Position numbers and translations under genes: made by a program. 64,000 nucleotides of DNA from Scyliorhinus canicula. Lineage: Eukaryota. The notes beneath the pieces were generated by a model. The model saw nothing but the letters and a program-made list of their open reading frames with translations, was not told where the DNA came from and ran no database searches. This document shows, piece after piece, positions 38,361 through 51,512 of the stretch; the stretch's first letter is position 1, and every line of letters begins with the position of its first letter. Location: the NCBI RefSeq assembly GCF_902713615.1, contig NC_052151.1, positions 89,363,304 through 89,427,303 on the forward strand, read 5' to 3'.

Positions 38361-38974
38361 GGGCGCGATTCTCTGATTGTGGGTCAGAGTGTCCGCTCCA
38401 CCACAGGGGGTCAGCAGGGTGCTGGAGCAGTTCACGCCGCTCCAGCCTCACTTCCTGGCATGCACTGGGGGTGGGGCCAACCCACGCATGCACAGTGGCG
38501 ACACGCCAACCTGCGCATGCATGGTGGCTCTATGGAACGCGCCGGCCCCGACGCAACATGGCGCAGGGGTTCTGGGGCTGGATGCGCAACAAAGTAGGCC
38601 CTGGGGGGGAGAGGCCGGCGCGCCGATCGATGGGCCACGATCGTGGCACCCCATCGGAGCCCCCCCCCCCCCCCCTGGGGACGGAGCCCCCCTCCCACCC
38701 CCACAGGCTGCCGTCCGACCCTTCGCGCAGAGTTCCCGCCAACAGCGACCAGATGTGGATGGCGCCGGCAGGATTCTGCTTTTTCCGTGTGGCCGCTCGG
38801 CCCATCCAGGCCAGAGAATCGGCAGCCCGTGCCAGAGGTACAGCGGCCTGCGACCAGCGCCGTGCCAAACGCGCCGATTCTCTGCACCTCGGAGAATCAC
38901 GCGCCGGCGTTGGGGCGGCGTGGCGCGGTTGCACCGATTCTCCGGCCCAGCACGGGGCTGGGAGAATTTCGCCC
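38361..38974. mobile_element. CpG-rich Harbinger-like MITE
   Basis: GGGCGCGATTCTC / GAGAATTTCGCCC TIRs. Confidence 0.8.
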
Positions 38975-39115
38975 ATTTTTTGCAATCGTTTTTGTAACTT
39001 TTTTGCCAATTGTTCCCACAAACTCTTCTCCCCTCCATGGAAGACATTGGTTCTTTGCTTGGAACTTTGGTACATTTTTCGACAGTTTCATTTTTGTGTG
39101 TAATGAGTTTGTATT

Positions 39116-39400
39116 CTGAGGATACAGGTAGACCATTTCGGACAGAGATGAGGAGAAATTTCTTCACCCAGAGAGTGGTTGGCCTGTGTAATTCGTTACC
39201 ACAGGAAGTAGAGGCCAAAACATTGTACGTTATCAAGGAGCAGTTAGATATAACACTGAGGGTAAAGGGGATCAAAGAATATGGGGGGAAAACGGGATTA
39301 GTCTAATGAGTTGGATGATGAGCCATGATCATAATGAATGGTGGAGCAAGCTCGAGGGGCCGAATGGCCACCTCCTGCTCCTATATTCTATGTTTCTATG
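39116..39400 (+). mobile_element. CR1 3' end
   Basis: RTEMRRNFFTQRVV followed by a (TTCTATGT)n tail. Confidence 0.85.
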
Positions 39401-39821
39401 AATCTCTGTATTGTATGTCGCCAAGGTATTCAACCACAGGAGGAATTACAGCTCTGCCTGGTCTTCACTTTACTTAATGTTCTCCCCAACCTAATAATAA
39501 CCCACCAGTCAAGCTGAGACCATCTAACATATCACAAAGGGATTAATTTCCAATCATGCCCACTATGGGAATCATTGCCGATGGAACGGAAAATTTGACA
39601 GACTATTTAACGGTTCATTGACTGTGGGCGGGAATTTCCAGTCCTGGGATGGGCTCGAATAGAAAATCCCCTTCCCAAAGAATCCAATTTAAGATAGTCC
39701 TCTAGTCAAATCACTGAGTGATGAGGACAACTTTGCTCTCCACACATTTTCCAGCTCATCCAAGTTGAGGAACGTTATTGCTGTGTCCAGTGTCAGCCTC
39801 AGACATTTCCCAGGTCATGGA

Positions 39822-40425
39822 TCATAGAATTTACAGGGCAGAAGGAGGCTATTCGGCCCATTGAGTCTGAACCAGCCCTTGGAAAGAGCACCCTACTGAA
39901 GACCACATGTCCACCCCATCCTCGTAACCCAGTAACCCCACTTTTAACCTTTTTGGACACTAAGGGCAATTTAGCATGGCCAAACCACCTAACAGCACGT
40001 CTTTGGACTGTGGGGGGAAACTAGATCACACGGAGGAAACCCACACAGACACAGGGAGAATATGCAGACTCTGCACAGGCAGTGACCCAAGCCGGGAATC
40101 GAATTTGGGACCATGGAGCTGTGAAGTGTGGTAATACCACTGTATATATATGTGTGTGCCTCTATTAGGGAATGTACAATAGTACCGGCTATTACAGCTT
40201 TGTCGGTAAGCCCCTGCATAGTTTGTCGGTAAGCCCCTGCCGGCTAGCTCCGCCCACAGGAGCAGTATAAATATCCATGAGGTCTCCTGAGCTGCCATTT
40301 TACAGCTCCACTTGAGGTAATAACATCTCACGGTAATAAAGCCTCTTTTGTACCGTTTCGTGTTTCTGTGTGCAATTGTTAGTGCAACATGAAGCAACAT
40401 TGCTAACCACTGTGCTACCCTACCT
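39822..40425 (-). mobile_element. HE1-like SINE split by a solo LTR
   Basis: The SINE sequence resumes seamlessly around 40127-40389. Confidence 0.85.
40127..40389 (+). mobile_element. Short solo LTR (263 bp)
   Basis: TG...CA ends, TATAAAT, AATAAAGCC and TSD TGAAG at 40122-26/40390-94; internal 19-bp duplication. Confidence 0.9.
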
Positions 40426-40639
40426 CCCAGGTCAGCTATATTGCAGCCAGTTGCTGAGAGTTCTCTTTACTCCAACAATCCTTCACAGTAATGCAAGGCA
40501 AATGCTCTGTGCAGCACCAGTGGGACACTTTTTTCCATTCTCCACCTACTCTGTGGCCTTTTTGACTGAGATTGCCTGAGAGGCAGTTTTATGCTATAAA
40601 TCAATGCTCACACAGGACTGGTTTAACTCTGCCCAGGAT

Positions 40640-40905
40640 AGCCCATATTTGATCTTTACAGCCACGCGTAGCCATGCCTTCAGCCTTTAGCTCCTAAGCT
40701 CAGCAATTCCTTTCCTAAACCTCTCCCCTGTGCCACCTCTCTCTCATTCTTTACAGTGATCATTCAGACCTGCCTCTTTGAAAATGCTTTTGGTCCCTTC
40801 TCAATCTCTCCTTTGTCTCTGTGCCAATTTATGTCTGATTACACTGCCATGAATCATCTTATGTCTTACTACCTGTAAGGAGCGAAACAATTCCACATTG
40901 CTGTT
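40640..40905 (+). mobile_element. L2-type LINE 3' remnant
   Basis: GCCTTCAGC...CCTAAGCTC...CCTAAACCTCTC...GCTTTTGGTC pattern. Confidence 0.5.
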
Positions 40906-40926
40906 GCCTTTTACAGAGAGCATACA

Positions 40927-41250
40927 AAGTGTGTTGTTCAATCAGGTTTATTGAACTAATAGCACAGTTCTCTGTGAGTTCGATTCTCTGCTAACTTAAG
41001 TGTGGTTACTCTGTCTGACTAAACCAGACTAGCTCTTAGCCACGTGGTGGAGGTGTGAGATTGTAACAACACCCTTGACTGACTCGCTAGATGTTCATCA
41101 GTGGAAAGAGGCGGAATGTGAGTGTCTCGTGTTTTTTATAGACAGATCCCACCCCTGAGTGTCCTGCCTGCTTATTGGTCATGTCCTGTTCTCTGTATCC
41201 ATTAGCTACTTGTCTGTATATCATTATGTGTGTGTCTGCATATCATGACA
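40927..41250 (-). mobile_element. Truncated LTR related to the 2279/33281 family
   Basis: Minus strand starts TGTCATGATATGCAGAC and contains TATAAAA and AATAAA. Confidence 0.7.
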
Positions 41251-41506
41251 CGGTCTAGTGTGCATCTCAGTCTATCACTCAGTTTCCTCTCTGCATTCGT
41301 TAATCCTCAGCTGAGTTCGAGCAGAAATTACAATAATTACAATCTTGTTAAACCCCCTTTTCACCTCTTTACAGTTCATTTATAAATCCATTGATTTTAA
41401 AAAGGTACAAAATGAAATCTCTTAATGGTAATAATATATATTAGCTCCAGGCATGTAGTCACCTTTTCTTAAAGTTGCAATTAATAAGCCACCCAGAATG
41501 ACCTCT

Positions 41507-41526
41507 GACACTGCCATCTAGTGTTA
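41507..41526 (-). promoter_or_regulatory. CTCF-like motif
   Basis: ACACTAGATGGCAGTGTC closely matches the CTCF core; located in unique sequence. Confidence 0.4.
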
Positions 41527-42319
41527 GTTTCTAACATTCATATAAATTAACTTTTCTTTTGCAATACAGGTAAATGGTACTGAAATTTTATATCGACATC
41601 AAAGGTTTAGCCCTAAATAGAGACAATGGAGGCCTTGTGGGCACTTACTGGCTATTCTGACAAGAAAATGATAATAAAACGTGTGTTCTTGAAAAGTCTG
41701 TACACATGAGTGTCAATCCGTTTGCACTGATGATGAAAAGTGGTACGCATCTTCAGAAGAAAAGTGGCAATCAGTGAGAAGTGATGTTACACAGGTGTTC
41801 CATTTTGATCTGAGTAAGATCAGCTGATCCTTCATAGTTGCAACGAAATGCACCACAAAAGTTAGCTCTGCTCCGCTAGTGGCCGATGTCCATGTGTTGA
41901 AAAAGATTTTGTATGTTGGGCAGAGCTATGCCAATCAAACAGTGTGGTTGTTGACGTCAGTGACTCCCCACACAGTGAGTTGTCAACTTTAGCAGTGTGG
42001 CACTGCAAAGGCTTCCATACAAAGTGGAAAGAAAGAAAATATCAAAAAGAGAGATAGTTGCTCTGGATTTATTTTTACACACCCTCTGTCCCTACTTCCT
42101 TTCCCTTCATTTTGTACAGAGGCGAGGGTATCTGGGGCGCGGTTCTTCGATCGCGGAACAGATTGTCCCGCGTTGTGAACACGTTGCATTTCATGACGGC
42201 GCGAAACGGGCGTGGGCACGAGCGATTCGCATGGTGCTGGAGCGGTTCATGCTGCTCCAGCCTCACTTCCTGGCGCAAAGTGAATGTTGTGAACTGTTTT
42301 AATAATCAGAGTATCCACC

Positions 42320-42357
<38 letters not shown>

Positions 42358-42464
42358 TATATTGGTACTGAGGGGAGGGTACCCTGTTTCTCCAACACAA
42401 AATGAGTGTTTGTACCGTTTGGCCTTGTACAGATTTTTTACTGTTTTAATAAAAAGACATGTCG

Positions 42465-42641
42465 AATTCCACCTAACCTGCACATCTTTGGACTGTGGGA
42501 GGAAACTGGAGCCCCTGGAGGAAACCCACACAGACACAGGGAGAAAATGCAAACTCCATACAGACACTCGTGGTCAGAATTGAGCCTGGGTCCCTGGTGC
42601 TGAGAAGCAGCAGTGCTTAACCACTGTGACACCTTGCCGCC
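42465..42641 (-). mobile_element. HE1-like SINE 5' half
   Basis: CCACCTAACCTGCACATCTTTGGACTGTGGGAGGAAAC core. Confidence 0.85.
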
Positions 42642-43854
42642 CAGTGGCAGCTGCCGAGTGGCCAGTTGTCCAGTGGCGCAGGATTCAACTGTTACCTCTT
42701 CTTGGAGGGGGACAAGGTGCTCTGTTCACAAGCCTTGAAAAAGAGAGAGGAAAGAACAAAATGCCTTTAAAAATTCAACCGTTAACTTCAATCTTTCTCC
42801 ACATGCAGTTTGACATTAATGTTGGAATATAATAAATTTCCTCAAGGTTGGTTCACTACATTTTTAAGACGATTTTTTAAATCTCTCCATATTAAACTAC
42901 AATGTGTGCTTAAAGATGACTGAGAATAAGCCTTTAATATTTTACAATGAGCTGCATCACCCCATCACCACCCCCCCCATTACACGACCAAATTTATAGG
43001 TTGTATCCTGGTATCGTTGCAAGACACAAGAGGATGACAACTGTGCATTTCTAGCTTACACATTTTATCATGGTTTCAAAAGAAAGGGATTGTATATTAT
43101 TTTGTTTTTGCTATTTCACAGTTCTGTAGTTGAATATTTATATTGGATAACTGGACAGTGGATTCCATTTTACACGCAATAGGTTGAATGACACAATGTT
43201 CATGACAAGCATTTCCCATGATCTTACAAAGAACAATCGGGACTGCATATGTCACAATGTTACCAAGAATGTTGTGCCAAGATTTGCTGAAAAAGCATGT
43301 GGTTTTGAGCGTATTTCCAAAGTTAATTCACTGATTAAAATGATAAATATAAGCCTTTACATTCTCACCACAGATCATAACCTCTGAGTTTCCAGCAAAG
43401 CCATAGAGATACACTGTCAGCAATCGCACCCACACTGCAGTGATTTTAACTCGATGCTAACCCCAGTGTAATCTGATGGTTTTGCAGAGCACATCCAAAG
43501 TGGTTTTAAAAAATCCTTAATGATGCAAAGTTAATTAGTATTTTTATACTCATTTCAAATTGCTTTAAATGGCTAAATCAATTGCAGATAATTTTACTGG
43601 CAATAACTTTAGTGCATGGTCTCATTTAATGTGATTACTTGCAAATTCCCCAGGTCAATTTAAGCCGCTGCTGGATTTGAACACTCAAAACAAGCATTAC
43701 TGGAATATTGTAAAAGTGTAAAAGCTTTAATTTCATTCTGTCTTTTCTCTTATCAAATAGTGTTTATTGAAGATTTCTTGATTTTTTTCATATAAACCAT
43801 CATGGTTCTACCAGTAGAGAAGAACATTTGGCATAGAACTTTGATAGTGTAGTG

Positions 43855-45041
43855 CAGGGTTTTTCGAAGTGTGTGTCGCGACCCGTTGATGGGTTGCAGC
43901 TGGGTGTCAGGAGGGTCGTGGAGTGATCAGTTGTGCCTTTCCCACGGTGATCCCGATTGCAGGAGAAACGCCCAACAGCTACTACTGTCTTTAAAATAGA
44001 GAACGGCAGCCGTGGTCACCTTTTAAATGAAAATAAATGAGGCTATGTGCAGTCTTCCGGCCAGAAGTGGCAGCAGTGAGCGGGTCAGCGCCCTGCACAT
44101 ACAGTTGACATCATGCACCCTGAACGTGCTTTGGTGCCAAATAACGGAGGAGAGCTGCTTCCATTTCCTAGCTGCTGGGAAGCAAGTAAGGGTACAGTGA
44201 ATACGTACCATTATCTTACAAGTAGGAGACACAACTAGGCAGTGTGCTTACTTGACAGGCTCTCACAACAGAGTCTGCTGGAAAGAGCTGTTCAGGAGAG
44301 TCCAGCACAGTACAGAATAGTGCTACTGTTAGCTATGTACAGAACTCCAGAGTCACTGCATTACAACCTACAAAGAAGAAACATAACTTGTGAACAAAGC
44401 AGTGTAAAGACGATTTCTTGATGTATGGTTATGTCAATTGTGGCAATGCAAAAAAGGATGCAAATCCCATGCCCATGACTGATATATGCAGGGAAGTACA
44501 GGCAAATGAGAGATGTTTCAGATTTTGAAAGAGATGAGGAGGGTGAAAAATTCCTTTTGAGGTTGAGACCCCAGACCCCAGAGTCAGTTATCAATTTATA
44601 GCTGACTCCAAATTGAAAGATGACACTGCTGTACTTGTCCTGTGATACCACATTAAAAACACACCAAAAGTCGATGTGGCTCTCAGCATTCTGGAGTAGC
44701 ATCTCCCAGGAGTATTAAGTGCTGAGTAAAACAAGCATTTTGTTGCTATTGCCCTTCATAAAGACCTACATGTGCAAGGTTACATCTTTCCAAAAAGATG
44801 AAGACGACATAAAGAACTGAAATCTGCACCTGATATGTGCATTGCCCTCTCCTCCTTTGAACTGGATTCATGTGAGATAGTGAGTACCAAACAGGCTCTC
44901 TTTTTGCATTAAAGGTAAGTGAACATGGCGCCTGTCGTGAAAATCGGCCAGCATGAGTTGCGAAAGTCAAACGGCATGGGTCTCAAAGGTCAACCTTTAT
45001 TCTTTTATAGGGAATTACACGAAAAAAGTTTGAATAAACTG
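43855..45041 (+). mobile_element. Internally deleted hAT (Charlie-like) DNA transposon
   Basis: CAGGGTTTTTCGAA / TTTGAATAAACTG termini; decayed 8-bp TSD GTGTAGTG/GTATAATG; remnants of the N-terminal zinc finger (FLMYGY...ICREVQANE) and dimerisation domain (LLPFIKTYMC). Confidence 0.8.
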
Positions 45042-45749
45042 GTATAATGGTCTTTTGAAAGCATAAAACAAGAGTCAAACCATTGAATATGGTGGGAGAG
45101 GTGGGGGGGGCGGAGGAATTAACACAAATTGGGCAGAATCTTCTCTATTCTGCAGACGCTGACTTGAAGGCAGGACAGGGAGGAAATTAACAAAACATGG
45201 CATCAGGTCAGTGAGCCAAAACCTTTCCATGTCCGGGCAATCTTCTTGGAGGCTGGTCACCGATGACAGAAGCCAACACATTGGCGATGAATGAGCCCTA
45301 AATGGGTGCAAAGCCCAGTGGATGCTTGGAGGCAGTTTTCAGGCAGCTAACCTTGGGGGCTTGTGAGGTCTGCTACTGTTGTTGCGAAAAAATACTATCC
45401 CCAGTTGTAGCCATAACCATCAGTAGATGTGGCTGCTGTCCAACCTTTGTAGGTGTCTCTTCATTGGCTGCCTCTGAGAAGAGTTCCTCGGTGGGTGCCC
45501 TGACGGGCAGTGTTGGATCAGGACCTGAAAATGGTCCTTGAATGTGACTGTCTTTTTAAGGACTCACGACTCCTCCCATTCGGAACCAGAAGTGCATCAA
45601 CCAGCACATTAACATAAGCATCGAAAGAGATACTCAGAGTCCAAGCCTCAGACAGCCGAACCAGTTACCTTCAGGAATACATGATCTGTGTGTAATCGAT
45701 CTAGTTTTTTGCAGGCTGTCACCAAAAAGGTAAAGTAAAACCTTGCCTG

Positions 45750-46932
45750 AACATAAGAACTAGGAGCAGAAGTAGGCTATCTGGCCTTTCGAGCCTGCTC
45801 CGCCATTCAATTAGATCATGGCTGATCTTTTGTGGACTCAGCCCCACTTTCCGGCCCGAACACCATAACCCTTAATCCCTTTATTCTTCAAAAAACTATC
45901 TATCTTTATCTTGAAAACATTTACTGAAGGAGCTTCAACTGCTTCACTGGGCAGGGAATTCCATAGATTCACAACCCTTTGGGTGAAAAAGTTTTTCTGA
46001 AACTCAGTCCTAAATCTACTTCCCCTTATTTTGAGGCTATGCCCCCCAGTTCTGCTTTCACCCGCCAGTGGAAACAAGTTGCCCACATCTATCCTATCTA
46101 CTCCCTTCATAATTTTATATGTTTTTATAAGATCCCCCCCCCCCCCCCCCGCATCCTTCTAAATTACAAAGAGTACAGTCCCAGTCTACTCAACCACTCC
46201 TCGTAATCCAACACCCTCAACTCTGGGATTAACCTAGTGAATCTCCTCTGCATATCCTCCAGTGCCAGTGCATCCTTTCTCAGGTAAGGAGACCAAAACT
46301 GAACACAATACTCCAGGTGTGGCCTCACTAACACCTTATACAGTTGCAGCATAACCTCCCTAGCCTTAAACTCCATCCCTCTAGCAATGAAGGACAAAAC
46401 TCCATTTGCTTTCTCAATCACCTGTTGCACCTGTAAACCAACGTTTTGCGACTCATGCATTAGGACACCCAGGTCCCTCTGCACAGCAGCATGTTTTAAA
46501 ATGTTATCATTTAAATAATAATCCCTTTTGCTGTTATTCCGACCAAAATGGATAACCTCACATTTGTCAACATTGTATTCCATCTGCCAGACCCTAGCCC
46601 ATTCACATAAACTATCCAAATCCCTCTGCAGACTTCCAAAATCCTCTGCACTTTTTGCTTTACCGCTTATCTTAGTGCTGCCTACAAACTTGGACTAATT
46701 GCCCTTGGTCCCCAACTCCAAATCATCTATGTAAATTGTGAACAATTGCGGCCCAACACTGATCCTTGAGGGATACCACTAGCTACTGATTGCCAACCAG
46801 AGAAACACCCATTAATCCCCACTCTTTCCTTTCTATTAATTAACCAATCCTCTATCCACGCTACTACTTTACCCTTAACACCATGCATCTTTTCTTATGC
46901 AGCAACCTTTTGTGTGGCACCTTGTCAAAAGC
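45750..46932 (-). mobile_element. 5'-truncated CR1 (RT C-half and tail)
   Basis: WQMEYNVDKCEVIHFG and RPHLEYCVQFWSP; (AACATAAG) tail. Confidence 0.93.
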
Positions 46933-47528
46933 AAGTGAGCACTGAAAGTAAGCTGCAAGATGCAGCAATGTTCGTACTGGTTCCACATTAAAACCACTGT
47001 TGGCTGCAGAACTCTACTGTTAACATGGATTTCTTCCAACACCTCACTACTTCAAACACTCAGGAATTTAACTATACTCGCAAGTAGAAACTTAAAAAGG
47101 AAGGAAAAACTTGATCTAATGACTATTGTGACACAACTAGAAGAGAAGAAAAATGGCATTGCTTTGAGGAAAGAGCAGGGGACTGAAAATGATTGGAAAG
47201 ATCTTTCAAAGAGCTGCCATAGACAAAATGAACCAAATGGGCTGCATCTGTTGTGTCTGGAATGCAGGATTAAAGAACATGGAATGCACAAATGTTCTAG
47301 CACAGCAATCCTTTATTCCAGCTATATCAAACCTATAAGTGCAATCAGGAAAATGTTTGACTTAAAGAAATTAATTTTACAATAGACGATTATGGCTTGA
47401 TGCTTCAATGTCAAAACCATTGTAAGCTCAACTCCTTGTCTAGAACCAGTTGGATAGCAAATTTAGTTGTGGAACAACAAGTCCAAAGATGTACAGGTTA
47501 GATGGATTGGCCATGATAAATTGCCCTG

Positions 47529-47772
47529 GCTTGAGACAATTCACACCTCTTTAACCTGTGATTATCCCTCTCTCCAGTTGCTCCGTCTGGACCTGTAGAT
47601 TTAATTACCTGTAAAGACTCGCATTCAAATTATCGTATTGCATCTTTGACTGTCGATATATATGTTTCTGGAACCCACCTCTTCATTCACCTGAGGAAGG
47701 AGCAGTGCTCCAAAAGCTAGTGATTCAAAACAAAACTGTTGGACTTTAACCTGGTGTTGTAAGACTTCTTAC
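47529..47772 (+). mobile_element. Penelope-like element pLTR end
   Basis: CACCTGAGGAAGGAGCAGTGCTCC.AAAGC motif and a GTTGGACTTTAACCTGGTGTTGT terminus. Confidence 0.7.
47685..47725 (+). ncRNA. Minimal type I hammerhead ribozyme remnant (G12 mutated to A)
   Basis: TCAC-CTGAGGA-A-GGAGC agt GCTCC-(a)AAA-GCTA-GTGA. Confidence 0.6.
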
Positions 47773-47919
47773 CAAAAAATAACAAACGGGAAACGGAAAC
47801 TTAAAAGCTTCAAATCAGAATGTGAAAACAAGGGTCGATAAAGCAATCCAACCCTCCAACTGTGCTTCTATTATGCTTAGAGAGGAATAAGGCATCAAGA
47901 ATTAATAAAAGGCAGATGC

Positions 47920-48590
47920 ATGCAGGTGTTGCTTAGCAACTGGGGCCTTGGAAGGTAGAGAAGCTTTTAAGTTTTAATTTAGCTAATTTGATTATAGTTG
48001 GAGATAGGTAGTGAGAGAGAAGGCAGCTCTCACAGCCTGCATAGAGCAATTGGTTCAGTAGGTTCGAGAGGGATCATCTCTTAGCTTTGCTAGAAGAGAA
48101 GCCATTCCATAAAGTAATGGTAAGAAAACAAGTTCTGAGATTTGAAGAGCAATTAGTTAAGGAAACTAGAGAAATGTATAGATGTTCCTAGAAGTCTGAG
48201 GTTAAAGGTACGAGAAAAGAGAACTCTTCAGTAAAGGCAGGCAAAGCTTAGAAAAAGCAGAGATGCCAGAAAGATATCTGAAGTAAGTTTCAGATTTATG
48301 AGATTTTACTACAGTATCTGGAACGTGAACTGAAATAAATTTGGAAATTGGTGACTTGATCTTGGAGTATGTGCAAAAGCAGTTGGGACAAAGGAAAAGG
48401 GGTTGGTGTAAAATCATGTACTAGATTCGCTGTTAAAAGTGGAGCGGAAGCTTGGGTTAAAAGAATCGTTTTGTAAAGCCTGGACTGTATTTCAGAATTC
48501 AAACTGCTGAGGGAAAGCATAATAGTGAGAGAAGGTTTTAAAGCATGTTTATGGGAATGGAGTTTGCAAACTCTCATGTGAATATTATCT
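47920..48590 (+). mobile_element. Fragment of the long-LTR family
   Basis: High similarity to 21790-22460. Confidence 0.75.
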
Positions 48591-48737
48591 GGGAGGGCAG
48601 CACAGTGGTGCAGTGGGCAGCACAGTTAAAAATGTTCTTTATTAAAAATTGTTTGATTTGATCTGTTCTACACATGACACACGAGTGTTGATACAGAATA
48701 ACAATTCAATATATTGTAGTAGATGAGGTGACGATTA

Positions 48738-49085
48738 GGGCAGCACGGTAGCATAGTGGTTAGCACAATTACTTCACAGCTCCCAGGTTCGATTCTCGGC
48801 TTGGGTCACTGTCTGCGAGGAGTCTGCACATTCTCCCCGTGTGTGCGTGGGTTTCCTCCGGGTTGCTCCGATTTCCTCCAACAGTCCAAAGATGTGCAGG
48901 TTAGGTGGATTGGCCATGCTAAATTGCCCTTAAGTGTCCAAAATTGCCCTTAGTGTTGGGTGGGGTTACTGGGTTATGGGGATAGGGCGGGGGTGGGGGC
49001 TTGGGTAGGGTGTTCTTTCCAAGAGCCGGTGCAGACTCGATGGGCCGAATGGCCTCCTTCTGCACTGTAAATTCTATGATTCTTT
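48738..49085 (+). mobile_element. HE1-like V-SINE
   Basis: Head, B box, core and CR1-type tail all present. Confidence 0.9.
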
Positions 49086-49311
49086 AAAAAAAATTCTATG
49101 ATAACATAAGGGGAGATGGATGCATTTATAATTTTTTACAATTAATATAATATTAGAAAAAAAATAAAGAAAATGCAGAGCAATGTTTCACTGCAAAATG
49201 ATCCTACAGGATAGCAAATAGTATGAACAAATATATAAATAGTAGTATGGAGGATGATGCTATGGATTTTTTAATGTAACTCCCTAACTGATGAAGGAGA
49301 CATAAACAACT

Positions 49312-49495
49312 GGCGGGATTTACCAACCACCCCGCCACATGTTTTTCGGGAGGTAGGCGACCCGCCAGTGGGACCTACCACTCCTGCTATTGTCAATGGG
49401 ATTTCCCGATGGCAGCACCCTTCGTCACCAGGACCCGTAAGCCGGTGTGGGACCGGAATTTCCCACCAGCGTCAACAGCCGGTAAATCCCACCCA
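49312..49495. mobile_element. Short Harbinger-like MITE (family also at 13841-13988, 39525-39670, 53500-53650)
   Basis: GGCGGGATTTACC / GGTAAATCCCACC TIRs. Confidence 0.65.
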
Positions 49496-51199
49496 ACATG
49501 TTTGGTATTGGCAAGCGTTATGAATGACTATTCTCTGTGCTTTTGAAATTTGGCAGCGTAATACAGGAATACCATTTCCTGCATTCTAACTACCTTCATT
49601 GCCCTTCAGGCCTGTACTTATTATAGTTTAACAACTTATATCAACAGAGAATTAAATAATCAATTAATTGACTTGTTGTTAAATCAAGCAACGATTGCCC
49701 TATGCTTTGCATGTTGGGTTTGGTTATTTTAATTCTATGCTACAGAACTAGTGAACAATGAATCAAAGGATGGAATGTAGACTTTTTCCACAACCAGTAT
49801 ACATACAAAATAAAACACAACCAAGGTTCATTCGGTGTAATGTTACTACATTCCAATGCAAGATGTTGAGCTCGCTCTTAAACAACAAATCCGGTCATTA
49901 CTTGATTACTTTGATTGTGTAAATTGTCTGTTTTTTTGGTAATAGTTTTGATAATTAGTAAAATAGTTCATTTCTAAAGTAATCCATCAATGTAGCCGAG
50001 TGACTCACTCTATGCAGTTGGTTGGTTTGCAATTAAGAATTTGCAGATCTTTTTTACTGCAGCATACATCAAGTTGACTAAATGTGAAAACTAATTTCAT
50101 TGTAACCATCTTTCACAAAGTAAATACGATTAGGATGAGAGAAAGGAATAGTAAGATATCTTTTAACTGTCTGCTTAATCTATCTACACCTTCATCTATC
50201 CTTAAATCAATATAAATGAAGGTGTTTACCAAAGTTTCATCTTTCTTTAAGTGACCAAGATCCCTGACCAAATGTTTAAAAAAATCACATCGCCTATCAG
50301 CTCAAGTCATCAGACACAATTAGTAAGAGAGCAGAGTGCTTGTTTTAACCATTTAATACATGGATTATTACTTCATTATGGGAATTGGATGCAGAGTGCT
50401 TTAAGATTTAATGGGTCTGCTTGAGGCTTCGAGCAATAGTATTCGCATACGCTTTGACCTAATTACCATACCTGTTTAAGCACGAAATACCCCATTATCT
50501 CCTAATCATTGACTTGCAATTTTATGCACTGCCAATATACTTGTTTTCAATAATGAAAGGCAGTTCATGCTACACTTGAAATTGTATTCCTAATTCTAAA
50601 CTGGTGAGAAAATAATCTAAACCACAGAATCAAGAAAAAAGCACATTTTAGATTACACCTTAATTTTTATTTTTGTAATTTTTTTCCAATAATCTTCTTG
50701 TAAATTAATGGCTTACTACTTGATATAGTTGACCATGTTCGATGCAATTTATCTTCTTTTAATTCATTTTTTGAATACACCGCTGTGACGTACCTTGGGA
50801 TATTTTTCTATTAAACGTACTGTATAAATGCAGCTCATGTTGTTATTGTTGTGCTCGCTAAGAATATTTAAAAAACCTGACTGTGAAAGGTGAGATTCAG
50901 AGCTGATTTTCAAGTCGGTCACACTAAGAACAGCTCCATCACTAAAGTAGAATCCAAATGAAATCAAGCTACAGTATTGCTGACCAGTAATATTACATTG
51001 GTCGAGACATTTAGAATTATTTCCGACAAGGACTGAAGGTTGATGGCTTTGGGCTAATACCGTTCTGTATCAAAATGACTGGAGCCATCCTCAAATGCTA
51101 CACTAACTGTAGTTGACAATAATTGAGAGTTCCCATTTCAAAATGGCTGACACTTTATTTTACGTGTTGTATGCATACTGCTAATATCAGCTGCTGCTT

Positions 51200-51512
51200 G
51201 TGGTGGCAGAGTTGTTAACACTATTGCCTCATGGCACCAGGGATCAATTCTGGCCTCGGGTGATTGTGTGGAGTTTGTACTTTCTCCCCGTGTCGGCGTG
51301 AGTTTCCTCCTGGGTGCTCCGGTACCCTCCCACAGTCCATAGATGTACAGGTTAGGTGGATTGGCCATGCTAAATTGCCCCTTGGTGTCCTAAAGGTTAG
51401 GTGGGGTTATGGAGATGAGGTGGAGGCGTGGGCCTTGGTGGATTGCTCTTTCCAAGGGTCAGTGCAGACTCAATGGTCGAATGGCCTCCTTCTGCACTGT
51501 CAGAATTCTATG
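51200..51512 (+). mobile_element. HE1-like SINE (older copy)
   Basis: Core GGTTAGGTGGATTGGCCATGCTAAATTGCCC and tail. Confidence 0.85.

Noticed and set aside
38318-39275. Several long overlapping ORFs (up to 275 aa)
   Set aside because: They are stop-poor frames in a GC-rich MITE plus CR1 tail, with no domain signatures. The same applies to 4131-4729 and 22873-23567.
41540-41580. Polypyrimidine-CAG acceptor as exon 2 of the candidate gene
   Set aside because: No convincing coding frame or recognisable protein follows it.
46960-47385. 141-aa ORF
   Set aside because: It overlaps a decayed CR1-like tail and has no recognisable motifs.
49287-49310. CTGATGA as a hammerhead core or C/D box
   Set aside because: No stem II/GAAA or partner box is present.
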